From Candidatus Omnitrophota bacterium (GTDB lineage: Bacteria; Omnitrophota; Gorgyraeia; Zapsychrales; Zapsychraceae), in assembly GCA_015233195.1 (NCBI GenBank), contig JADFYE010000005.1, positions 12,122-76,121 of the forward strand: a DNA stretch of 64,000 nucleotides, written 5' to 3'. The notes under the pieces were generated by a model, which was not told the DNA's origin, searched no databases, and was given only the letters and a program-made list of their open reading frames with translations. Position numbers and translations under genes: made by a program. Position 1 is the first letter of the stretch, and every line of letters starts with the position of its first letter. This document shows positions 28,982-38,582 of the stretch, in pieces.

Positions 28982-30613
28982 TTATAAATTAAATTTTATT
29001 AAAGATGGTTCATAATCCGCTGGCTTTTCAAAACCTAATAAATTCATTGTGGTCGCAGCAATATTGGCTAACCCCCGATGTGAAAGCTCAGCCATTACAT
29101 ATTCGCCATTACAATTTTTATCCACAATAAAAAATGGTACTGGATTCAAAGAATGAGCAGTACTTACTGTCTTAACCCCTTTTTTAACCGTAAACATTTC
29201 ATCCGCATTGCCATGGTCTGCAGTTACCAGTGTGATACCGTTCAAATCATTAACCACATCAACCAATTTTCCCACACATTCATCCACAGTGCTGACTGCA
29301 GTTATAATGGCTTCAGGTATTCCAGTATGTCCGACCATATCACCATTAGCAAAATTCAACCTGCCGAATTTATATTTACCAGAACGCAGCAATTCAGTGG
29401 TACGTGCAGTTATCTCATAGGCTTTCATTTTAGGAGCCTTATCAAATCGGACTTTATCTGACGGTATTTCTTCATAATATTCCATTTTTGGATTAATGTA
29501 TCCGGTTTTATTGCCGTTCCAAAAATAAGTAACATGCCCATATTTCTGGGTTTCAGAAATAGCAAATGAAGTTACTCCATTAGCGCACAAGTAATCTCCC
29601 AAAGTCCGTTCAATTACCGGAGGATTAACTAAATAATTATTCGGCAAATGCATATCTCCATCATATTGCATCATCCCTGCGAACAAAACCTGCGGCACCC
29701 GCTCTCGGTCAATTTTATCAAATGACGCATCGCCTTCAAAAGCCTGAGTTATCTCGATCGCGCGATCTCCTCTAAAATTAAAAAATACTACTGAATCTCC
29801 GTCGTTTATTGTCCCAATTGGTTTGCCGTCCTTAGCAATAACGAAAGCCGGCAAATATTGATCAGTTATCTTGGGATCCTCTTTATAATAAATTTGAACA
29901 GCTTCAGACGCTGAATTAAAATATCGACCTTTACCAAGCACATGCGCATCCCAGCCGCGTTTTACTATGCTCCAATCCGCGTTATAACGATCCATAGTAG
30001 TGACCATGCGTCCGCCGCCTGAAGCAATAGCATAATTAAAACCTTTTACATTTATTTCTTTTAAAACCATTTCCAACTGGTCTATATACTTACCCGCGCT
30101 TTTTTCATATACATCACGACCGTCTAAAAGCACATGCACTCTTACATTTTTTACGTCTTGCTTAGCGCATTCCTGTAACATTGCTAACAAATGATTAATA
30201 TGTGAATGAACATTCCCGTCTGAAAGTAATCCCATAAAATGAAACGTTTTATTTTCGCGAATTACATTAGAAGTGAGTTTCGCCCATATGTCAGTTTTAA
30301 AAATACTGCCATCATCTATGGAAACCTGCACCAGCTTTGCTCCTTGCGCGAATACTCGTCCAGCACCGAGCGCATTATGCCCAACCTCACTGTTACCCAT
30401 GTCTTCATCTGAAGGCATACCTACTGCTTTTCCATGCGCCTGAAGCTGGCAATATAATTTACTTTGCATATACTTATTCAACGTTTCCGGCTTAGCCATA
30501 AACACGCCGTCGCTCTCATCGTGTTTTCCAATACCCACCCCATCCATAACAATCAAAAGTAAAGGTCCAGGTCGACCGGAAAAATTTTGCAATTTATTCA
30601 GACTAAGATTCAT
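28982..30613 (-). CDS. gpmI: 2,3-bisphosphoglycerate-independent phosphoglycerate mutase
   Basis: LLIVMDGVGIG...MGNSEVGHNALGAGR, 543 aa. Confidence 0.85.
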   Translation of the reverse strand: MNLSLNKLQNFSGRPGPLLLIVMDGVGIGKHDESDGVFMAKPETLNKYMQSKLYCQLQAHGKAVGMPSDEDMGNSEVGHNALGAGRVFAQGAKLVQVSIDDGSIFKTDIWAKLTSNVIRENKTFHFMGLLSDGNVHSHINHLLAMLQECAKQDVKNVRVHVLLDGRDVYEKSAGKYIDQLEMVLKEINVKGFNYAIASGGGRMVTTMDRYNADWSIVKRGWDAHVLGKGRYFNSASEAVQIYYKEDPKITDQYLPAFVIAKDGKPIGTINDGDSVVFFNFRGDRAIEITQAFEGDASFDKIDRERVPQVLFAGMMQYDGDMHLPNNYLVNPPVIERTLGDYLCANGVTSFAISETQKYGHVTYFWNGNKTGYINPKMEYYEEIPSDKVRFDKAPKMKAYEITARTTELLRSGKYKFGRLNFANGDMVGHTGIPEAIITAVSTVDECVGKLVDVVNDLNGITLVTADHGNADEMFTVKKGVKTVSTAHSLNPVPFFIVDKNCNGEYVMAELSHRGLANIAATTMNLLGFEKPADYEPSLIKFNL

Positions 30614-30750
30614 TTATATCTCCTTATAAAATTCTATAACAACAAAATACCTATACATTTTACATTAAAACCTACCATTTTAAAAAAATAATTTAAATAT
30701 AGGCGGGAATACAACACAAGAGTTTTTGAATATATGCAAACTTTAATAAA

Positions 30751-30939
30751 CTATTTTTTCTTTTTAGGTGAATAATGGTAATTCATCCAATCACTTGAGA
30801 ATTTCTCCAACCAATCTGCTGCAGCTGAATCAAATCCGATATCCCGTCCAGCCTTCTCGCTTTCTATCCACAGATGCCGATTGATCTCCTCGACCACTTG
30901 GCGGTCTTTCAATAAATCAGTTTTATCTTTAGTATTCAT
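30751..30939 (-). CDS. Small conserved hypothetical protein (62 aa)
   Basis: Intact ORF with a conserved-looking core EINRHLWIESEKAGRDIGFDSAAADWL. The family name was not recalled. Confidence 0.45.
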   Translation of the reverse strand: MNTKDKTDLLKDRQVVEEINRHLWIESEKAGRDIGFDSAAADWLEKFSSDWMNYHYSPKKKK

Positions 30940-31007
30940 GCGGTCATATCCTCCGTAAATAATAGTAAAACTGACTTAACCTGTTGTCAATAAAATAGTT
31001 AAAATAT

Positions 31008-31364
31008 TCACTTTTTATATTCAGTATATTTTTTGATTGAACCTTTAACCAATTTAACTGGATATCTTTTCTCCGTCTTTTTTAATTTATTCAAAATTAT
31101 CTTCTCAAAATCAATCCCGTACAAATTGCAAAAATCTAATAAATATATCGCGATATCCGCCAGCTCATCTTCAATCTCCACACGTTTAGTTTTATCTTTT
31201 AAAAGTTTTTTCGCCTGATCCACAGTATCCAACCATTGAAAATGCTCCATCAACTCTGCGGCTTCAATAGCAATAGACATACTTAAATTTTTAGGCGAGT
31301 GAAACTTTTCCCAGCATCTTTCTTTTACAAATCTTCTTATTTCCATTTTTATATTTTTCATCAC
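31008..31364 (-). CDS. MazG-like nucleoside triphosphate pyrophosphohydrolase (all-alpha NTP-PPase)
   Basis: RFVKERCWEKFHSPKNLSMSIAIEAAELMEHFQW...EDELADIAIYLL is typical of MazG/YpjD-type house-cleaning NTPases. Confidence 0.65.
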   Translation of the reverse strand: MMKNIKMEIRRFVKERCWEKFHSPKNLSMSIAIEAAELMEHFQWLDTVDQAKKLLKDKTKRVEIEDELADIAIYLLDFCNLYGIDFEKIILNKLKKTEKRYPVKLVKGSIKKYTEYKK

Positions 31365-31434
31365 TAATCCATCCCAATACTCAAAAAATTATATTTTCTT
31401 TCTTAAACCCGAATTGTCCATTGAAAAATGCAGG

Positions 31435-32472
31435 TTAAACTAAAATTAGTTCACCTTGATCAACCACAGAATCAACTTTTAAAAGACATACAATATCTTT
31501 CTTTATCTGCTTTGCTATAGCAAGCGCAAAATTAACTGGCACTGCATTTCCAACCATTTTATATCCATCCGCCAAACCTTTATATTTGAAAATAAAGCTA
31601 TCCGGAAAAGTTTGGACTCTAGCGCATTCTCTTATGGACAGCCGCCTATACAATTTTTCTTTTCCAGGCACAAAAATACGCTTATCTTGTTCCACAAAAA
31701 GCATCTTAGGTGCCTGCGGATGAATAGGCGCATGCCGCCCCCCTGCTTGAATAGTATACGAAGGCTCATCCCAACCCCTGACCCGATTCCTCGACATAAA
31801 AATTGTTGAAAAACTTCCAGTCATATATTCATGATTAGGAACTTTTAAAAAATTTTCCTTGGTCCTATTAAATTCAGCTGCTGGAACAGCGGAATCTTTT
31901 AAATCCCAAATTGCATCCCTCAAATTAAGCGGAGCTTTAGGCGAAGGGAATTGATACGATATTCCCAAATCTTTTCGATAACCTACAAAAATAACTCTCC
32001 AACGCTCCTGCGGAACATCATAGTAATTTACATTAAGCAGGTCATACTTGACATTATAACCCGCATCACTAAATTGCTCTAAAATACTATTAAAAGCTTT
32101 GCCATGTTTTTGATGTAACATGCCTGAAACATTTTCAGCTAAAAAAAACAATGGTTTCTTATCCCGAAGAATTCTGATATATTCCCAAAAGACTTTACCT
32201 CTTTTATCATTTATACCTCTACCCGCTCCTGCTTCACTCCAACTTTGGCACGGTGGTCCGCCGATAATGCCATCAGTATCTGGTATAGCCGAAGATGGAA
32301 CATCTAAAATACTCCGCTGGTCCAACTCTACTCTTGGGAAATTATATTTAAATGTTTCCCAAATTGTTGGATCATATTCATTCGCCCATTTAATTAAAAA
32401 ACCGGCTTTTTCAAATCCCAAGTCTAGCCCACCTGCGCCAGCGAATAAAGATACAACCTGCAACTTCTTCAT
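31435..32472 (-). CDS. DNA (cytosine-5)-methyltransferase
   Basis: The m5C-MTase motifs occur in canonical order: FAGAGG (I), GGPPCQSWS (IV), ENV (VI), QERWRV (VIII) and GNAVP (X). Confidence 0.85.
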   Translation of the reverse strand: MKKLQVVSLFAGAGGLDLGFEKAGFLIKWANEYDPTIWETFKYNFPRVELDQRSILDVPSSAIPDTDGIIGGPPCQSWSEAGAGRGINDKRGKVFWEYIRILRDKKPLFFLAENVSGMLHQKHGKAFNSILEQFSDAGYNVKYDLLNVNYYDVPQERWRVIFVGYRKDLGISYQFPSPKAPLNLRDAIWDLKDSAVPAAEFNRTKENFLKVPNHEYMTGSFSTIFMSRNRVRGWDEPSYTIQAGGRHAPIHPQAPKMLFVEQDKRIFVPGKEKLYRRLSIRECARVQTFPDSFIFKYKGLADGYKMVGNAVPVNFALAIAKQIKKDIVCLLKVDSVVDQGELILV

Positions 32473-32490
32473 TTTTTAATCCTTATAAAG

Positions 32491-33351
32491 TTAATTCATT
32501 ACAAATTTTACTAATTTCGCATCAATAAATTTAGCCGGATTATCTGGATTCTTAATCTTAACATCTGCTATAGAAAAAATATCTCTTCCAGCTTTTTCGA
32601 ATTCATCACGATCAACTTTTGGAAAACTTTGATATTTAGAATTTCTCATCAATGCAAATAAAGTGAATTTATTATTCTTATTACATTCGGTTATATAATC
32701 AAAAACTTTAACCGGATTTTCTATAGCCCACATACCTCTAATACGAAGGTTTGTTATCCCCATGGGATCAACTTGGTTTACCCTACCTAATTCTTTAGTT
32801 TCCGATAATTCTACATCATTTATATCCTTAACGCCTTCTACAATTTTATTTTTAATTCGTTCATAAACCTTATTGTTTGCCGCATAACAATCGCCATAAA
32901 TCATCCACAGCGTCTTGAGTTTAGTTTTATCTGACGCATCCAATACACCTATTGAATAAATAATATCCTTAATATCCCATTTTTCACATTTTTTACATGC
33001 CAGGGTAAGCATGTCACTATCAGAGTAAAGTTTCGACTTTGGATACGAGCTATTAAGCGCAATCTCATTTTTTAATCCTTCAATTTTTTTTACTTCAACC
33101 GCGTCCCCACCTGAAACAATAAAATCAGGCGGATTATTTTGATTACCAATATACGACAAAAATTCTCCATAAATTTTATCTTTGTTATTAATGGATGACA
33201 CATTTAGTGAATTGCAAAAAATATCTTTTAAAAAATATTCCAAAGCAATCCCCATACTATTAATTCTATTAGAACTAGAATAAACCTGCATTAAATCATT
33301 TCTATTAAAAGTCACAAGATTTAAAATGGCTTTTAGTATATTGGTTGACAT
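32491..33351 (-). CDS. Type II restriction endonuclease (PD-(D/E)xK fold), partner of the adjacent m5C methyltransferase
   Basis: PPDFIVSGGDAVEVKK fits PD...(D/E)xK. The gene is 18 nt downstream of the MTase on the same strand. The start was taken at MSTNILK. Confidence 0.55.
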   Translation of the reverse strand: MSTNILKAILNLVTFNRNDLMQVYSSSNRINSMGIALEYFLKDIFCNSLNVSSINNKDKIYGEFLSYIGNQNNPPDFIVSGGDAVEVKKIEGLKNEIALNSSYPKSKLYSDSDMLTLACKKCEKWDIKDIIYSIGVLDASDKTKLKTLWMIYGDCYAANNKVYERIKNKIVEGVKDINDVELSETKELGRVNQVDPMGITNLRIRGMWAIENPVKVFDYITECNKNNKFTLFALMRNSKYQSFPKVDRDEFEKAGRDIFSIADVKIKNPDNPAKFIDAKLVKFVMN

Positions 33352-33508
33352 CTTAAATCTCCTGGAAATTCTTATATTTTTATATTTAATAACCAAAAAA
33401 ACCATTTAAACAATATTTACATTATCTACAATTGATATTATATTGCCAATCACAAAAATTTATATCGAAAATTTAATTACTACGATATCATTAACTGGCA
33501 AAATCAAA

Positions 33509-34273
33509 TTATTTCTTTTCAGGCAAACAACCCCAGCTTTCATCCTCCAGTATTGCATTTATTGCCGCAATACTAGCCTGAAAAAATGACTGTCCTTCTC
33601 TGATTTCGCCGCGAAAAGCTTCACCGGTAAATTTTGATAACTGTGATAAAAGTGCTTTGCGTTCAGTTGCAGTTATTCCTAACGCATATAATGAACCAAA
33701 TTTATCTAGCTTATTGCTAATTAAAACTTTACTCGCCAATACTGAAGCTCCTAATATTTGCGATAATCCGTCTCTACGCTGAGCAGCTAACTGCGACATT
33801 TTCAACATGAAATCAGCAGGGTCGATATCCGCTTTTTTCTTTTTCTGTATTTCCGCCTGATAGATCTTATCCACCAATAAACGCTCTTGATTATTATTCT
33901 CAATTAAAACATCGCAAGCTTTCTTAAAATCATATACAATTTTTAATATCAGCCCATTTTCACTTTTTTCATACCGAGCCAGATAATTTCGTGCCACCCG
34001 CAAATTAGCATTGGCGTTTATTAACGCATCCAAATATGTTTTTACTTTCTCAGGTTTTGCAGTCAAAAGATTTAATTCCACAAACTGCTTATTCAATTTT
34101 TCATTTAATTCAAAATATGATAAGGTATCAATATATCGACGCATAAAATCATATTTTTTACCGTCAGGATTATTTTTAGCAAACTCATTAACATCTCCGG
34201 TAAAATCAACTACAGCCCCGCCTATACTCACTGATAAGAAAAAAATAACAATTAAAGAAAAAAACTTTTTCAT
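33509..34273 (-). CDS. Secreted hypothetical protein
   Basis: N-terminal signal peptide (FFSLIVIFFLSVSIGGA). Mostly helical and charged. Confidence 0.5.
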   Translation of the reverse strand: MKKFFSLIVIFFLSVSIGGAVVDFTGDVNEFAKNNPDGKKYDFMRRYIDTLSYFELNEKLNKQFVELNLLTAKPEKVKTYLDALINANANLRVARNYLARYEKSENGLILKIVYDFKKACDVLIENNNQERLLVDKIYQAEIQKKKKADIDPADFMLKMSQLAAQRRDGLSQILGASVLASKVLISNKLDKFGSLYALGITATERKALLSQLSKFTGEAFRGEIREGQSFFQASIAAINAILEDESWGCLPEKK

Positions 34274-34274
34274 A

Positions 34275-35894
34275 TTATTCTCCTATATTTTTTTGGGCGC
34301 CAAACATCGACTTAGGCAATTCATACTTTTTTATCAAATCCTGATTAACCCAATTCCGCTTTAATAAAATTAGCGTATACCCGTCTACAAATACCGGCGC
34401 CCATTGCGGATCATTAATGCGTTTAATCAAAAATGGCTGTCCCCAAGGCGTAAGATCATGTCTATAAAAAAATATTACATTAAAATGATATTTTGAATCT
34501 ATTTCGCGCCATTTATTTTCATCTTCCTGCATCGGCACGAATAGATCCTGAAAAAATTCTACACTGTATGCTTCAGGTCGGTTATCCACGAACACCCGCT
34601 CCGGAAATAAATGATATATCAAATATCCACCTATGTCATAATTGTTAAATATTGGACCTTGCAACCGGTTATTTTTAAAAAAGTCTGCTGCCAGATCAGC
34701 GCCTGGAACAGTGCCAGGTAAAATACCAAATTTAGCAATAACTTTAGGAAACCACCAACCCTGAACTGATTCTGGAACCAAAACACTTAAAAAACTACGA
34801 TTATACGGCGAATAAATTGTCTCTCGAGTTATTGAACCAACTGCTAGACCAGTTACACCTAAAACAGCCATGAAAGTCAAAACTACTCGGATAATTTTCA
34901 TTTTTTGGCATAAAAGCCAGTCATAGGTAATAGCACTTAATATTGGAATGGCTATCAATCCCCAAACATGTATACCCCGTATCATTTTCCACGCAATTAG
35001 AGAGAAAAATAAAAATATAACAAATAACGCAATATACTTTTTAAAAAATTTTGAAATTACAGATAAGAGCCATATAAAAACTGCTATCCCAAATACGATC
35101 TCAAAATATAGATAAGTTCCGATTTGCGGAAAACGTTTTTGCATAAACAACACTGTTTGATTCTCGACCAGCATATATCCATATTCACGAAAAATATTAA
35201 ATGGTTCAATTGCGCCTTTAAGACCATATGGATTAATCAAACAAGCAAACATAACTGCCAACAATAAATATATATGGGCAGGTGCTCCTCGCCAATCCCG
35301 ATCAATAAATTTATTAATTAAAAAAGCGCCAACTAATACTGGTCCAAAAATAAAATAAATATGAAAATTAACCCACAGCACTTGCAGCAACACTATGATC
35401 CATATCCAGCCGGATGGTAATTTCTTTTTATAGTCAAACCACAACAGCGAGAACATAATAGTTAAAAATAAAAAACTAAACCCTTCTGGACGGATTTCAA
35501 GACGAGTAACTATTAATGGCATGCATAAAACCGAATAGAATAAAACTACCCAAAAATTTGAAAAACGTACTGCAGAAAAAAATACAATTCCAAACGCTAA
35601 CAATAATATCATCATATAAAATAATGATAAACCATAAAACCCTGCGCACTTCCACATCAAATAAAATACTGCACCTGACGCCCAATGATGATTAATCGCG
35701 CTATATTGAGGTTCAGTATAAGAATAAAAATTGGTGGAAACCAACTTATGCTGAGTAAATAATATCTCACCATTTTTTATATGCCGTCCCAAGTCTGCAG
35801 TATGCAGTTGAATCCTAGGACAATAAAATACCGCTAACAAAAGCGTTAGCCAGATAAATAAAATGCACTTTATCCACCCAAAACTTTTAAACAC
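34275..35894 (-). CDS. Polytopic membrane protein with a C-terminal periplasmic domain, possibly a GT-C-type glycosyltransferase
   Basis: 539 aa with about 12 predicted helices followed by a soluble ~180-aa tail. Sits 1 nt upstream of the secreted protein gene. Confidence 0.45.
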   Translation of the reverse strand: MFKSFGWIKCILFIWLTLLLAVFYCPRIQLHTADLGRHIKNGEILFTQHKLVSTNFYSYTEPQYSAINHHWASGAVFYLMWKCAGFYGLSLFYMMILLLAFGIVFFSAVRFSNFWVVLFYSVLCMPLIVTRLEIRPEGFSFLFLTIMFSLLWFDYKKKLPSGWIWIIVLLQVLWVNFHIYFIFGPVLVGAFLINKFIDRDWRGAPAHIYLLLAVMFACLINPYGLKGAIEPFNIFREYGYMLVENQTVLFMQKRFPQIGTYLYFEIVFGIAVFIWLLSVISKFFKKYIALFVIFLFFSLIAWKMIRGIHVWGLIAIPILSAITYDWLLCQKMKIIRVVLTFMAVLGVTGLAVGSITRETIYSPYNRSFLSVLVPESVQGWWFPKVIAKFGILPGTVPGADLAADFFKNNRLQGPIFNNYDIGGYLIYHLFPERVFVDNRPEAYSVEFFQDLFVPMQEDENKWREIDSKYHFNVIFFYRHDLTPWGQPFLIKRINDPQWAPVFVDGYTLILLKRNWVNQDLIKKYELPKSMFGAQKNIGE

Positions 35895-35912
35895 TTTTCA
35901 CCTAAAAAATAA

Positions 35913-36920
35913 TTAAGCTTTGCCTGCAGAACCCAGAACATTAACATTCTTAGATTTATACATTTGGACTAAAGCAGTCCGAGCTGGTCCCAAATATTTC
36001 CGAGGATCGAACTCTGCCGGATTCTCTGCAAAATATTTACGGATAGCAGCAGTCATAGCCAGACGACCGTCAGAATCAATATTTACTTTACATACTGCTG
36101 AAGTTGCTGCTCTGCGCAATTGTTCTTCCGGTATACCAATAGTATCTTTCATTTTTCCACCGAATTGATTAATAATCTTAACATCTTCGACAGATACTGA
36201 TGAAGACCCGTGTAAAACAATTGGAAAACCTGGTATACGCTTTTCAATTTGCTCAAGAATATCAAAACGTAAAGGCGGCGGAATCAAAACCCCGTCGGCA
36301 TTACGAGTACATTGCTCCGGCTTAAATTTATTAGCGCCATGCGATGTCCCGATCGAAATTGCCAATGAATCAACTCCGGTTTTCTTAACAAAATCTTCAA
36401 CTTCTTCCGGATGAGTATAAGTTGAATGCGCGGCGGAAACCTCATCTTCAATGCCAGCTAAAACTCCTAATTCACCTTCTACCGTAACATCAAACTGATG
36501 AGCATATTCAACAACTTTTTTTGTCAACGCCACGTTATCTTCATATGAATGATGTGAACCATCGATCATAACCGACGAGAAACCGGTCTCAATACATGAT
36601 TTGCATAATTCAAAAGTATCACCATGGTCTAAATGCAGCGCAATTGGGATCTCTTTTAAATTTTTTTCTTTTGCCATACGTCGCATCATTTCAACTGCAC
36701 CTTGACCCATAAATTGAAGCATGGTCTGATCCGCGTATTTACGCGCTCCACTTGAAACCTGTAAAATTACCGGAGATTGCGATTCAACACAAGCAGTAAT
36801 TATCGCCTGCAATTGTTCCATATTATTAAAATTATATGCCGGAACAGCATATTTACCTGCCATAGCTTTTTGAAACATTTCCCGAGTATTTACTAACCCT
36901 AATTGCTTGTATGAAACCAT
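35913..36920 (-). CDS. fba: Fructose-bisphosphate aldolase, class II
   Basis: ALHLDHG...HGSSS and other class II FBA motifs in 335 aa. Confidence 0.85.
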   Translation of the reverse strand: MVSYKQLGLVNTREMFQKAMAGKYAVPAYNFNNMEQLQAIITACVESQSPVILQVSSGARKYADQTMLQFMGQGAVEMMRRMAKEKNLKEIPIALHLDHGDTFELCKSCIETGFSSVMIDGSHHSYEDNVALTKKVVEYAHQFDVTVEGELGVLAGIEDEVSAAHSTYTHPEEVEDFVKKTGVDSLAISIGTSHGANKFKPEQCTRNADGVLIPPPLRFDILEQIEKRIPGFPIVLHGSSSVSVEDVKIINQFGGKMKDTIGIPEEQLRRAATSAVCKVNIDSDGRLAMTAAIRKYFAENPAEFDPRKYLGPARTALVQMYKSKNVNVLGSAGKA

Positions 36921-36964
36921 ATCAACCCCTTTTCTATATAATTATTAAAATTTCGCTTTAACCT

Positions 36965-37525
36965 TTAACCCGTTACCTTTGACCTATTATTGCCGCTATT
37001 ATATTTGTTTAAAAAATAAAGTCCAGTATAAATTCGAGGACCAACCAATCTTCCCGCCTTACGTTTTTTAGCCAACCATTCTTCAGCTTGATCCAACGGA
37101 ACTTCAAAATGTTCAATAACTTCACCATCAACTCCTCCGCCAACTCCAACTTTTTTCAAACCTATAGCCTGAACCATTACTACCATATCTGAACTTATCC
37201 CACACGAAGCTGGACCATCTAAAACTTTTATAATTTTTTTAGCGGTATACCCGGTTTCTTCTAATAACTCTCGGCGTGCCGCAGCAATAAAACTTTCTTT
37301 TTTACCAAACTTACTATCGCCTATAAGACCTGCAGGAAATTCAATTACTTTTTTCTGTACTGGAGGTCTAAACTGTTCAATAAAAATCACCTTATTCTCA
37401 TCAGTCATAGCTAAAATAATAACTGCCCCAGAGGAATGGGGACGTTCAACATATTCCCACTCACCAACACACACAAAATGAAGATGCTTTCCTTTATGAA
37501 TTGTAATTTTTTTATGCTTTGTCAT
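36965..37525 (-). CDS. NUDIX hydrolase (ADP-ribose pyrophosphatase-like)
   Basis: Nudix box GLIGDSKFGKKESFIAAARRELLEETGY. Confidence 0.75.
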   Translation of the reverse strand: MTKHKKITIHKGKHLHFVCVGEWEYVERPHSSGAVIILAMTDENKVIFIEQFRPPVQKKVIEFPAGLIGDSKFGKKESFIAAARRELLEETGYTAKKIIKVLDGPASCGISSDMVVMVQAIGLKKVGVGGGVDGEVIEHFEVPLDQAEEWLAKKRKAGRLVGPRIYTGLYFLNKYNSGNNRSKVTG

Positions 37526-37588
37526 TATTTAACCTTATAAAAAAGGCACATCAAACGATGCGCCTTATTTACATTACCCAATATAAAA

Positions 37589-38251
37589 TTATTTAGCTGG
37601 AGCTGCAGCTTCAGGCTGAACTGCAGGCTTTACTTCAGGCACAACCGCAGGTGGCACTACAGGCGCGGGAGTTTGATTAGTAGTTGAAGTTTTAACACTA
37701 CTCAAAACTCCGCTATTTAAAAGCTGATCCATCTTTTTTCCCTTCCAAGAGCGCAGAGTACATACATTCTCAAATGTTAGCTTTAATTCCGCGTAATGAT
37801 AATACGACATTTCACCGTCGCCTGAAGATTCTTCGATTAAAGTTGGAGTTTTATAATCTTTATACAAACGTTCAATCGGATATTCAACACCAATTATCTG
37901 ACCACCTTCAAGATTAGTCCGAAGTTTATTAACATCCTTACTCCAGCCAGATGGTTGTGAAAAATCATATTCCCATTTACGAAAAAGTACTTGCTTATCA
38001 AACTCTAAAATTAAATCAGTATATTCAAAAGTCACCTTTTTCTTAGAATCAGTTATAATCGCAGGTTCCCCGTAACGCGACCTAATATCTTTTAACCTTG
38101 AAATATCAACCTTTAGATTTTCATCCAACAAATCTCTCTTCAGTTGCAATATATCTTCATTAGTAGCGATACGTTTATCCATCGCTAAAGCTAAATTAGA
38201 AAAAAAAGTGATCCCAATAAAAAACGCTATCCAAATTTTAACAGATCTCAT
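37589..38251 (-). CDS. Secreted protein with a Pro/Ala/Val-rich C-terminal tail
   Basis: Signal peptide, with the C-terminus PAPVVPPAVVPEVKPAVQPEAAAPAK. Confidence 0.5.
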   Translation of the reverse strand: MRSVKIWIAFFIGITFFSNLALAMDKRIATNEDILQLKRDLLDENLKVDISRLKDIRSRYGEPAIITDSKKKVTFEYTDLILEFDKQVLFRKWEYDFSQPSGWSKDVNKLRTNLEGGQIIGVEYPIERLYKDYKTPTLIEESSGDGEMSYYHYAELKLTFENVCTLRSWKGKKMDQLLNSGVLSSVKTSTTNQTPAPVVPPAVVPEVKPAVQPEAAAPAK

Positions 38252-38253
38252 AA

Positions 38254-38460
38254 TTACCGCCCTTTCGGTTTATTAATATCCGCATACAAAAACTCAATAT
38301 CATCATTTTGCTGTCGAGAAGCGTAAGAACTGCGAATTTTTAGATCTTTATTTTTATCAACTCTAAAAAATGATTTAACGAAAAAAACCGGAGCAAACAA
38401 ACCAAAAACAAAAGCTGTCAACAAAAACCATGACAGATTAATTTTTTTCTTCTTCTGCAT
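38254..38460 (-). CDS. Small membrane protein (68 aa)
   Basis: Single transmembrane helix (WFLLTAFVFGLFAPVFFV). Sits 2 nt upstream of the preceding gene. Confidence 0.4.
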   Translation of the reverse strand: MQKKKKINLSWFLLTAFVFGLFAPVFFVKSFFRVDKNKDLKIRSSYASRQQNDDIEFLYADINKPKGR

Positions 38461-38582
38461 TTCTCCCCCCAGATCAATTCAGAAATTTTTATGATAATTT
38501 ATGCATCCCTGTATAAATATATTTTAACATAACAAACCTAAGCCCCAATAAAAATATAAAAAATAATAACTCTGCTTCCAAA

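Noticed and set aside
3577-29461. Other plus-strand ORF-track entries overlapping minus-strand genes (e.g. 3577-3870, 4850-5251, 8547-8858, 10941-11156, 19814-20098, 23039-23378, 28523-28792, 29153-29461)
   Set aside because: All are antisense to strongly supported genes with recognisable motifs. None has a convincing ribosome-binding site or conserved-looking sequence.
35497-35685. 62-aa minus-strand ORF inside the 539-aa membrane protein gene
   Set aside because: It is an out-of-frame overlap with a longer supported ORF.
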